A stretch of DNA of 64,000 bases from Balanoglossus misakiensis (lineage: Eukaryota; Animalia; Hemichordata): contig CM082590.2 of assembly GCA_040954595.2 (NCBI GenBank), forward strand, positions 8,432,001-8,496,000. Reading direction: 5' to 3'. Every line of letters starts with the position of its first letter. The stretch's first letter is position 1. The notes beneath the pieces were generated by a model. It did no database searches. It had not been told where the DNA came from and was given only the letters and a program-made list of their open reading frames with translations. Position numbers and translations under genes: made by a program. Positions 39,701 to 50,898 of this stretch are shown here, piece by piece.

Positions 39701-41442
39701 CTTTCAAGTTATGGGACTGGGCATGAAAATGTCAAGTCCCTTAAAATACGTATTTGCCACTTTTTCTTCTTAAACGTATTTTGACTGTCTTGACATGGCT
39801 CTCATACGTACTTAGACACACTTGGCAGTCTGAGCCCCCTGTAAAATGTACCAAATCGTACTGGTTTGCACTGTATTGGTCTGAGGGTCTTGTATAGACC
39901 CTAATGATTAACACGCACTTGGCAGTCTAACAGGCCTGGGAGCCAGGATTCTAGGCACCCGGGAAATCACATCAGTTTAAACTGACTTGGCAGCGTTAGG
40001 GTTAATTAATTCAATTTTCTTGTCCACCCAGCCACAAGCGCAGCAGAGACACTCTCGTGGCTTGAAGCACAGACAGTGACCGTAGACAGCAATCAAACAC
40101 TAACTCTGACAGAAGCTGGAAAGCTGGCCTTGAATTGGAACAAGAATCAGAGTTCCTCGGGCGGAAATAACGGCACCAGCGATGACACTGAAGAAATCAC
40201 AACTGTGGAGAACGCCATAGAACAGGTAAGATACAGTTAAACACTGTTTATCCGAACACTAATTATTAGAATTTCAGATTATCCACAATACTTTGGTATT
40301 ATCCATGAATACTTACTTCATTAGCTGGGTTGAGGGTAGCGTTGTAAAACAGGTACAGTTGAACGCTGATTATCCGAACCCTAATTATTCAAATTTCAGA
40401 TTAGACTCAAATTCGATCATCAACAACACTGCTGATCATACATACATGTATATAGAATGTAATGTAAAGCTGAATGCTTGGCATGGCAGAGTGTTTTGTG
40501 GAGTCAAACAAGAAACTATAGTCAATACACTGACAGAATAAGAGTACTGAAAATATCATTTGAAATTACAGTGCTTTCCCTTTAAGCCATTCACCCCTGT
40601 TTGCATGTATAGAGATCCAACTGTACCATAGAAAATAATGGGTTTGGACCAAACCATGGTAGGGAATGGGTTAAAGAAATACAGTAGTGATAATAGTAGT
40701 CACACATCATCCACAAGAGATTGTATTGTAACAACTGCACCTCTTAATTTCTGAAGGTCGTAGGAAGTGGAGACAGCGACCAGAGGGTCATCACCATAGT
40801 AACTGACCAGTCGCATCCGGACATCCCAGTCTGCCAGCTTTCCTCGATACAAACGCCGACCGGCTCCACGTCATCATCGGCCCCTCTCATGGTTGCCATG
40901 GCAAATGATGTACCGACAACAGTGACCATAGTTACGCAAGATGCCACGGGCAATGAAGATGTGGTATGTACGTTTTCAAACAACTGCATTATTCTTTAGC
41001 TTTTCTTTATAAAGTAGATCATGTATGTATGTATGTATGTATGTATGTATGTATGTATGTATGTTGTAACCATTTGAAAACTTTGCTTCTACACTGACTT
41101 AAATAAAACTATGAGGTAATTGGCCAATCCTGGGCCAACTTAGTGTCAGATGCTTGGAAGAAAATACTTGATCTGTACTGTAAGTTTTGTATAATGTTAA
41201 GCGTCTTGGAAAATATTGTGTTTTCCTTTCTATAATTTAATTTCTGGTTACTGAATTCTTTTCAACAGGACGACATTCAAACTACAACGTCGAAATATTT
41301 GGAGAAACAACTTCAAGAAGCCCAGAGACAAGCAGAGAAGTACAAACAACAATTACAGAAGAAACAGTTGGAAGCTGAGACGTACAAACAGAAATTGGAA
41401 GAAATCGCAAACGCGCAGAGCCCCGCATCATCCGACCAGTAA
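36712..41442 (+). CDS. GABPB: GA-binding protein beta subunit (ankyrin repeats + C-terminal leucine zipper)
   Basis: 9 exons: 36712-36819, 37215-37412, 37863-37961, 38193-38267, 38601-38742, 39259-39354, 40032-40225, 40757-40963, 41269-41442. [15 protein letters not shown]...[63 protein letters not shown], zipper [23 protein letters not shown]; all match vertebrate GABPB1/2 as recalled. Confidence 0.97.
38375..38539. mobile_element. Tc1/mariner-like MITE (TA flanks, TIR CAGTC[A/G]AACCTGT); other copies 26749-26889, 31377-31541, remnants ~509-580 and ~905-960
   Basis: TACAGTCGAACCTGTCTATAGTGGCC...ACACAGGTTTGACTGTA; internal sequence shared between copies. Confidence 0.8.
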
Positions 41443-42541
41443 GAACCCTCCATCACCTTTCAGGCTCGGCCAATCAGAACACAGCATCCCTATGCCTTAA
41501 CCAATGATGTGTGAGAATGACAGTCATGTGACATGGCTGACTTTTGATATGTAAATAGAGAACCCGTCATGCTTTTTCTGGGCTTACAGCCAGAGCATGA
41601 CAGATATATGACAATGTTTTGACCTGTTAGGGGCGATCTGTTGGTGTGATCATTATCACAGTTACTTCTATATTGTGAAACAGTCAAACATCTTGCCGAT
41701 AGATGATTCTTCTACTCATCGCGAGATCTCATTTTTTGTACAAATATGAGCAGTACCTACCTCCAGCTCAACTTATCTGTCCTTACAATGTTACATGTAT
41801 GTATTTAATTTAGGAAAAGTCTTAGCTGTGAGCAAGGGGTTTGATCTAGTAAGACGATCTGTAGAAGTGCTTGGTTTGTGTTGGAAATTGATCATGATGA
41901 GACCAGGTGTATTTGTATGTACTGTTCTAATCAAATGGGAGCGCAGTGTCTATGATGCTATTTTTCAGTGAGGATGTTTTTGCTTTGTAAGAAGGCAAGA
42001 GTTGATTGGGGATATAATTGAGAGAATATCAAGCTGAAAGCTTGGAAGTTTACATAAATTCAGATAGTGTAAAGAGGGATAAGATTTGTATTTTGGTAGT
42101 GTAGTATTGCTCTCGTAGTCATAGTGTTGTGAGATTAGGCCATTCTTTTCTCAAGTTATGCTGACCAAATTCATGTGGTTGACTTCACAAAAATATCTCA
42201 AAGATCTTTTTAAAATCATGCTGATTTGTACATTTTTGTAATTTTTCTTTTTTGAATAGCAGACAGACACACAAGAAGTTTCTGTTTTAATCACCACACT
42301 CGCCAAAAAATGTAAAATTTTGTAACCCGATCCCTGATTGGTCAAGTGGGAATCAGATTCTGAGGATCAGAAATATCAGCCAATCATGAGATGTGTACCA
42401 TACTGGTAGAGTAGGCTAGGAACTACAGTCAGACAAGTGTTTATTTGCATCTAAAGACATATTTTAATTCAGCCAAGTAAACATAAACTGGTATAATTTT
42501 TCAGTACACATGAAAACACTTGGCTGACTGACTGATCAGAG

Positions 42542-42725
42542 TACAGTAAAACCTGTCTAAACCGGATACTACAAAGACTTGAGAAATTTTTAGATTTGCA
42601 GAGATGTCCGGTGTATAGAGAGGTTATTTTAACATATGGCTGTATATGGAAGGGACTGAAGAAGTTGTTTGGTATAGACAGGTGTCCAGATTAGACAGGG
42701 TTTAGTTTAGACAGGTTTTACTGTA
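42542..42725. mobile_element. Tc1/mariner-like MITE (TIR CAGTAAAACCTGTCTAAAC); relatives 32278-32459 and 26124-26175 (partial)
   Basis: TACAGTAAAACCTGTCTAAACCGG...GTTTAGACAGGTTTTACTGTA terminal inverted repeats with TA flanks. Confidence 0.8.
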
Positions 42726-43196
42726 TTCACTAGTTATAATTGTTAGCATAGAGATGAAGAAAACTGTTATTAATATGCAGTGAATTTACTTACTCCACTT
42801 TTCTACATGATCGATAGAAAAGCACTTTTTATATAATAAATGAAATGAACTGCTATAAAATTGTGAGATGTAATGTCACGAGAGTTGTAAACAATGTAAC
42901 TGTTGCTGCCTGTAACTTATTTTATCTCATATCATTCCTTCAATGTACTGCTACAAATATTGTAAGTTTTCTGCAATTTCCAAGTCGTTTTATGAAATAA
43001 TAATGTTTTCTTTCTTCATTCTGTAAAACCGGTGTTGTTTGTGTGTTTTGCAGCTTGAATCAAGCCTGAGCTAGGATGTCTTCCCACATTGCAGTAATAT
43101 GATATTACACAAAGATCACGATCAACGAAAATACCTGTTTCATTGATTGTTTTGAGACTAACGAGTATAAATGGACAGGATAATACAGAGTGGGGA

Positions 43197-43980
43197 AGCT
43201 GATCGCAAAGCTTTACGGCGATAACATTGAACTTGGCGACAAATGAAAGGTAACCTCGTCCAAAATGAAGCTCAACTTGCTCCTCGACAACTTAATTTTC
43301 ATGTTTTGTGGGCAGTTTCACTGAGAGAAAGCGAGAAATCGCTAATATCGTAATCGTATGTAGCAAGAGGGCGCTCGTCAGAATTTGCCAACAGGCGAGG
43401 ACTTTCACACAAGAGTAGCCGTTGGCAAAGCTTTACGGCGATAATAATGAACTTGTCGACGAAAAAAGGGGGTACATGGTCCAAAATTAAGCTCAACTCG
43501 CTCCTTGCCAACATAAATTTCGTGTTTTGTGGGCAGTTTCACTGGGAGAAAGCGAGAAATCGCTAATATCGTAATCGTACGTTGCAAGAGGGCGCTCGTC
43601 AGAATTTGCCAACAGGCGAGGACTTACACAGCAGAGAAGCTGTCGGCATGGCGTTGCAAGAGGGCGCTCGTCAGAATTTGCCAACAGGCGAGAACTTGCA
43701 CAGCAGGTAAGCTGTTTCCAAAGCTTTACGACGATAACATTGCACTTGTCGACAAATGAAGGGGGTAAATTGTCATGGCTGATACTAAACTCGCTCATCG
43801 CTAACATAATGTTCATGTTTTATGGGCAGTTTCACTGGGAGAGAGCAAGACTACTGGCTTCGCGTGCGCGTACGTTACTGCGTGAAACAAAGTAATTTTG
43901 ATATCTGTCACAAGAGGGCGCTCGTCAAGATTTGACAACAGGCGATGTCAACTTGCACATCAGGGAAGCTTTTGGCAAGG
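43197..43980. repeat. Degenerate tandem repeat (~220-290 bp units, about 3 copies)
   Basis: CAAAGCTTTACG.CGATAA at 43206, 43426, 43719; CAAGAGGGCGCTCGTCA..ATTTG.CAACAGGCGA occurs four times. Confidence 0.8.
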
Positions 43981-43994
43981 GTTATTGAATTATC

Positions 43995-44552
43995 CATGAG
44001 CTATAACCCATGAAAATTTTCATGAGCTATAACCCATGAAAAATTTTCATGAGCTATAACCCATGAAAAATGTCCAAAATGAAAATTTCAATTCTTGAAA
44101 ATTTTCATGAGCTATAACCCATGAAAATTTTTCATGAGCTTTTAATCATGAAAAATGTCCAAAATGAAAATTTCAATTCTTGAAAATTTTCATGAGCTGT
44201 AACCCATGAAAATTTTTCATGAGCCATAACCCATGAAAAATGTCCAAAATGAAAATTTCAAGTCTTGAAAATTTTCATGAGCTATAACCCATGAAAATTT
44301 TTCATGAGCTTTTAATCATCAAAAATGTCCAAAATGAAAATTTCAATTCTTGAAAATTTTCATGAGCTATAACCCATGAAAATTTTTCATGAGCTTTTAA
44401 TCATGAAAAATGTCCAAAATGAAAATTTCAATTCTTGAAAATTTTCATGAGCTATAACCCATGAAAATTTTTCATGAGCCATAACCCATGAAAAATGTCT
44501 AAAATGAAAATTTCAATTCTTGAAAATTTTCATGAGCTATAATCCATGAAAA
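43995..44552. repeat. ~85-bp satellite with CATGAGCTATAACCCATG core
   Basis: About 6 tandem units CATGAGCTATAACCCATGAAAATTTTTCATGAGC...TGTCCAAAATGAAAATTTCAATTCTTGAAAATTTT. Confidence 0.95.
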
Positions 44553-46244
44553 ATGGGCTATAAGTCTAACCCAGCATCCAATCTTGAGAGCAGAAATGGT
44601 CCTGGCGCCCTCTATAGTCAAAATTGTATATATTCTCCGCCATCTTCTCCCTTGTCATGAATATTTATAAGCTGGGCTAATGAATAACAAAAAGCCTGGC
44701 AACATTGAGTGAGTACGGGCATGACGTCACCAGACTTATTATTCATTAGCTTATAAATATTAATAACGAGAGAAGATGGCGGAGAATACTTATTATTCAT
44801 TAGCTTATAAATATTAATAGCGGGAGAAGATGGCGGAGAATACTTATAAGCTAATGAATATTAATACATGTAATAAGCGTACGCAGGTTGCGGTGACGTC
44901 ATACTGCGATCAGCATTTGTCATCATTACCACTAGGGGCGCACTAATGAGGTCAGGATATCCCCCTAATGCTGACCTTCGACCTTTGACCCACACGTGTT
45001 TCATAGGGAAGTCCCACAGCCGCAACAGTCGGCATGTAAACACGCGTATAGCGTAGAAATTGCCTCGAACTTTCGCCAAATCCGGTCAAGAAGCGCCCGT
45101 GGTTTCAATATAGGATGCCTAAACTCCGCACAAGTGCAAGGAGAAGACTGAATCCACAGGAAAATTACAGTAAGATTGTATTTTTGCATGATTTTTACAG
45201 TCATGTTGTGATTGTTTACATGCCGAGCGCTAGTGGTAGGGCATATGTTTAGGGCACCCAACAACAGCGTGGCCAGTAAACACAGCCCTGCCGAGCAGAG
45301 CTATGATAGCCGTAGCCGTCCAACCTCCCGACAGCGTGAAATATAGGGTTTGAAGGGGCCTGGCTCCGATAATTTTCTGTTTTATCCGCGTCTTCGACAA
45401 CAGCACACTCCTGCGGTGTTGGTGTGAGCGCAGTAGAAATCCGTCGTGTGCTCAAATCCGGATCAAAACAACTCAACTGTTTCCCCAATCGACCGTCGAA
45501 ACTGGCTTTTAGTGATAAAATTACCCGAGTTTTAATAATAATATTGTGATGCAAATATTAACTACAGTATCTGTTGTAAATGGGATGACCGCTTCGCTGT
45601 TAAACTTGTAAGTGGTTATGCCTTCACTAAAATTGTTCAATCGATGTGTAATAATAGTAGGTGGGTCGACACCATGGTGCAGGGTTCGAATCGTTTTAAT
45701 AGCTTTTACCGCTCTATAGTCAAAATTTTTCACGTTTCTAGCTTACAAAATCTTAATTTTAGTCGATGCGATGATAATTTCTCATTAAAAATTAACAATT
45801 ACCGCTCTATAGCTCTCTCATAACATCAAGGTTCTTTAGATAGGCAGTTTCATGCATAGCCGTGGTTCTTACCGAAAAATCGTGGTTCTTACCGAAAAAT
45901 CGTGGTTCTTACGTTATACAGCCTACAAAGTCAAAATTTTTCAAGTTTCTAGCTTACAAAGTCTTAATTTTAGTCTATGCAATGATAATTTCTCATTAAA
46001 AATTAACAATTACCGCTCTAATAGCTTTGCATATGAAAGGACATGTACACTGTCTATGCAGCTACCGTGTTGAACTTTCAGTATAGACTTACTTTCTTGT
46101 CGTTTTTATACTTTTTACAACTGTGTAGCCAGACCAAAGTTAGCTGACATGATTTCTAACATGATAACCCTTCTAGTAACCGTGTTTTTATCATTTAAAC
46201 ATTTGAACAAGAAGTATCCGGTCAAATGTTCTACCATCCAAAAT

Positions 46245-49200
46245 GCATTGATGTCTACGCTGTCCATTGTTTATCAATGTCCACAGTGACACACCCCCTT
46301 TATTTACCAGTGGCAATACTCACGAAAACTCGCTGTTTAATTCAGACCGAAGCTATAAATGTCTGTGAAATTATCACTATTCGGTTCGTTTTGATTTAAA
46401 GGGGACTTTAAAGCAAAAACTGGGGAAATCGACCGAGATATGAGCAAACGGCGACGCGTTCTTTCATACTTGTGAGTGACCGTGTTTATTTCATTGGCGT
46501 CCATTGATACTGTTGTTGAAAATCCACGTGTTTAAAGTCACTTTCATTCAAAATATTTCTGGTTCCCGACTTTATTTTTCGTGTCAAAGTAAGGTCCATG
46601 CAATAATCTTTTAGAAAAGTGTATAGACTAAGGGCTAGAGTTATTTGCCGTTCCTGTAATCGAAATTTAATGTGCCACTGTTTACGTATTGATAGCTGCG
46701 GCCGACTCTGTCACCATAGGATTACACGCGTCACCGTCGCTGATCACCAGCGCCGATCGCCGATTGAACTGAAATTTCCTGTAGAAACTAGCGTTTCCAT
46801 AATATTTTTCCTGAACTACAATATGGCCCGATATGTAGACACTTCATGTTTCTTAAAGTACAAGCTCTAGCAACTTCTCCAGAAATGTAATCGCTGGTTT
46901 TCTGTGTGTGATGTTGGTTTCCCGACTTAGCGTATTTCAATATACGCGCGCGGTGTCCATTGTTTATCTATGTCCACAGTGACACGCCCCCTTTACTTAC
47001 CAGTGGCAATACTCACGAAAACTCGCTGTTTAATTAAGACCGAAGCTGTAAATGTGTGCGAAATTATCACCATTCAGTTCGTTTTGATTTAAAGAAGAGT
47101 TAAAAGCAAAAACTGGGGAAATCGAGAGAGATTTGAGCAATCGGTGACGCGTTCTATCGACCTCTCGTCAGCGGCCGTGTTCCTATCATGGGCGTCCATG
47201 ATACTGTTGTTGAAAATCCACGTCTTGAAAATCACTTTCACTAAAAAAAAATCCGGTTCCTGACTCTATTTTTTGTGTGTCAAAGTAATGTCCATGCAAT
47301 AGTCTTTTAGAAAAGTGTATAGACTAAGGGCTAGAGTACTTTGCCATTTCTGTAAATCGAAATTTCATGTGCCACTGTTTGCGTGTTGATATCGGCGGCC
47401 GACTCTGTCACCATAGGATTACACGCGTCACCGTCGCTGATCACAAGCGCCGATCGCCGATTGAAGTGAAATTTCCTGTAGAAACCAATGTTTCCCTAAG
47501 ATTTTTCCTGAACTATAATATGGCCCGATATGTATACACTTCATGAAACTTAAAGTACAAACTCTAGCAACTTCTCCAGAAATGTAATCGCCGGTTTTCT
47601 GTATGTGATGTTGGTTTCCCGACTTAGCGTATTTCAATATACGCGGTGTCCATTGTTTATCAATGTCCACAGTGGCACGTCCCCTTTACTTACCAGTGGC
47701 AATACTCAAGAAAACTCGCTGTTTAATTCAGATCGAAGTTGTAAATGTCTGTAAAATTATCACCATTTAGATCGTTTTGATTTAAAGAAGACTTAAAAGC
47801 AAAAACTTGGGAAATCGACAGAGATTTGAGCAATCGGTGACGCGTTCTTTCGACCTCTCGTCAGCGGCCGTGTTCCTATCATGGACGTCTATGATACTGT
47901 TGTTGAAAATCCACGTTTTAAAAATCACTTTCACTCAAAAAATTTCCGGATCCTGACTCTATTTTCTGTGTCAAAGTAAGGCCCCTGCAATAATCATTTA
48001 GAAAAATGTAAAGAATAAGGGCTAGAGTTCTTTGCTTCTTCGGTAATCGAAAGTTCATGTTTGCGTGTTGATAGCCGCGGTCGACTCTGTCTCCATAGGA
48101 TTACACGTACACGCGTCACCGTCGCTGATCATCAGCGCCGATCGCCGATTGAAGTGAAATTTCCAGTAGAATCCAATATTTCCCCAATATTTATTGTGAA
48201 CTACAACATAACTCTATGTGTATACGTGTCATTTTTACTAAAGTACAAGACCTAGCAACTTCTCAAGAAAAGAAATCGCCTTTTTTCCGCGTGTGTTGTT
48301 GGCTGCCCGACTTCGCGTATCTCAACGCTGTCCATTGTTTATCAATATCCACAGTGACACGCCCCCTTTATTTACCAGTGGCAATTCTCACGAAAACTCG
48401 CTGTTTAATTCAGACAGAACTCGTAAATGTTTGTGCAGTTATCACCATTCGATTTGTTTAGATGTAAAGAAGTTTGGTAAGCAAAAACTGAGAAAATCGA
48501 CGGAGTACTTAGCCATTTCTACCACTGTTTACGTGTTGATAGCGGCGGCCGACTCTGTCTCCATAGGATTACACGTACACGCGTCACCGTCGCTGATCAC
48601 CAGCGCCGATCGCCGATAGAAGTGAAATTTCGAGTAGAATCCAAAGTTTCCCCAAGATTTATTGTGAAGCACAATACAGCCCTATGTGTATACGCTTCAT
48701 TTCCACTAAAGTACAAGATCTAGCCACTTCTCAAGAAAAGAAATCGCCTTTTTCCGCGTGTGTTGTTGGCTGCCCGACTTCGCGTATCTCAACGCTGTCC
48801 ATTGTTTATCAATGTCCACAGTGACACGCCCCCTTTATTTACCAGTGGCAATACACAATGTACTCACGAAAACTCGCTGTTTAATTCAGACAGAACTCGT
48901 AAATGTTTGTGCAGTTATCACCATTCGATTTGTTCTGATGTTGAGAAGTATGGTTAGCAAAAAACTGAGAAAATCGACTGAGTACTTCGCCATTTCTGCA
49001 AACGAAATTTCATGTGCCATTGTTTACGTGTTGATAGCGGCGGCCGACTCCATAGGATTACACGCGTCGCTGACCACCAGCGCCGATCGCCGATTGAAGT
49101 GAAATTTCGAGTAGAATCCAAAGTTTCCCCAAGATTTATTGTGAACCACAATACAGCCCTATGTGTATACGCTTAATTTCCACTAAAGTACAAGCTCTAG

Positions 49201-49265
49201 CCACTTCGCCAGAAATTTAATCGCCGTTTTCCGCGTGTGTTGGATGCCCTATACTTAGCGTGTTT
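46245..49265. repeat. Tandem array of ~693-bp units (3 long, 2 internally deleted ~467-bp copies)
   Basis: Marker GTCCATTGTTTATC at 46262, 46955, 47648, 48330, 48797. Confidence 0.92.
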
Positions 49266-49856
49266 ACTTCCGTGTTGTCAATTTCAGTGGAGGTGATAGT
49301 TGGTGCGCATGCGCAGTACAGAGACGGACTTAGTGATAGACGCTTTCCCACGTGTGTTGGTTGCCCTATACTTTAGCGTGTTAGTTGATACGCATGCGCA
49401 GTGCAGTAGACAGACTTAGTGTTAGATGTATTCAGTATTTTGCCTGAAGTTGTAACTCACTTTAGCTTTGTTATTTCAGTAGTTTTCTGTTTGAGAGGCT
49501 TTTATAGAGTTTAAGCCGGTCTGTTGAAAGCTAACGTGTAGAATACCTGTTATTTTGAGCAGTATTTGTTCATTTTTCGAATTTTTACTGATTTTATTAT
49601 GATGTGTGACTGTACGTTATTTCCTTTATCAGTAAATGAGATTAAATTCTATAAAATGGAATTTCATTGTCACATTGTGCATTTCTTAGCTTGTTGTGTA
49701 AACGATGATTTTACTTTTACAATCTGAAAAAGAGTACAGTAAACATAGAGTTTGTGTTTTTTTCCAGATTGTAAATTTTAAAATCTCTTACATTACAAGA
49801 GCAATGCTTACGGTATGAAGAGAGTGAGTGTCTGAGTTAAATTTATTTTTATTCTA

Positions 49857-50535
49857 GATGAAATTTATCAGTTGCCCTTTACACCGTGTGTACTGTACTT
49901 TTACAGCGCAACCTTTAATTTTGCAATTTTTCACATTTTCATTGCTTTAGCTGTTAAAACAATGGAAAATTCATTGTTTTAAGCAAACCAGCCAATTCCT
50001 TCAAAATTACAGATATTTTCATCGTTACCAAAAACTCCAATTCTTTCAAAATTACAGGTATTTCCATTATTTTTACCAAAAATTAAATTCCGTTAACATT
50101 TTTTTTATCAAAATAGGCATCTCTTTCACAAAAATAGGCATTTCTTACCAAATTTAATGTTTTTTTTCATTATTTTATCCGAAATAGCTATTTCTTCAAG
50201 CGAAATAGCCGTTTTTTCCAAAATTACATGTATTTTTCCTTATTTTCACCAAAAAAGCCATTTCGATCACTAAAATACCCATTCCTTACAAATTAAAGGT
50301 CAGTTTTACCATTAAAGTTCCAAATTTACATGCCTTTTCCACTATTTTCACCAAAATAGCCATTTTGATCACTAAAATACCTATTTCTTTCAAATTTAAG
50401 GTCATTTCAACCATTTTAACAGCTAAAAGCAATGCGAATGATGTAAAAAGTTGTAAAATTACTGGTTGCGCTGTAAAAAGTACAGTAAAATGCAGTACAC
50501 ACACACTGATAAAGGAGCAACTGACAAATTTCATC
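49857..50535. mobile_element. Foldback/MITE-like element with ~110-bp imperfect TIRs
   Basis: GATGAAATTTATCAGTTGCCCTTTA...TACTGTACTTTTACAGCGCAACC...TTTAGCTGTTAAAA on the left, inverse at 50412-50535; AT-rich degenerate repeats inside. Confidence 0.7.
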
Positions 50536-50898
50536 AATAAAAAAAAAAAATCACCAGAAAAAAATTTGAAATCGCCAAAAAAAGGCGGAAAAAAAATTTT
50601 TGGGAAAAATTTTTGTCTCTCGCCCATCTCTCTCCTCCTCATCTTGTCTCCCCCCTTCTTCCTCCTCCTCATCTTGTCTCCCTCCCTCCCATCTTTCCTA
50701 CCTGTTGCATGCCCCCCTCCCTGTGTCTCCCCTCGTTGCATGGCCTCCCCCCTCTATCTATCCCCGGTGTATGATCTCCCCCCCCTTTATTTGACCCCTG
50801 ATGCATGACCCCTCCCCTGTGTTTTGACTTACCTTCAAATCTTCATCCTGTGTCCAAGTTCCATCCACGTCCAGTCTTCTCCATATGCACCATGTCCA

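Larger units (their letters stand above)
2124..40675. mobile_element. ~90 bp piggyBac-like MITE family, about 20 dispersed copies (span covers first to last copy)
   Basis: Consensus TTAA CCCTTTCACCACCATGGTTTGGTCCAAACCCATTGTTTTCTATGGTAAAGTTGGACCTCT...GGGGGTGAAAGGG TTAA (TTAA flanks, CCC...GGG termini). Copies at about 2124, 5467, 9010, 10297, 11831, 12206, 12628, 15988, 18830, 20410, 22168, 22758, 22963, 33947, 37421, 37525, 37626, 38780, 38936, 39080, 40585; some are partial. Confidence 0.85.

Noticed and set aside
45001-45554. Minus-strand ORFs with SSPCTCA, vaguely like an APOBEC-type deaminase PCxxC
   Set aside because: Wrong Cys spacing, no HxE motif, split frames; most likely chance. 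An HMM search would settle it.
46619-49151. Repeated 60-114 aa ORFs in the 693-bp array
   Set aside because: Frames are not conserved between units and show no recognisable domain.
50286-50808. 151-aa and 147-aa ORFs
   Set aside because: Arise from low-complexity A/T- and C-rich sequence.
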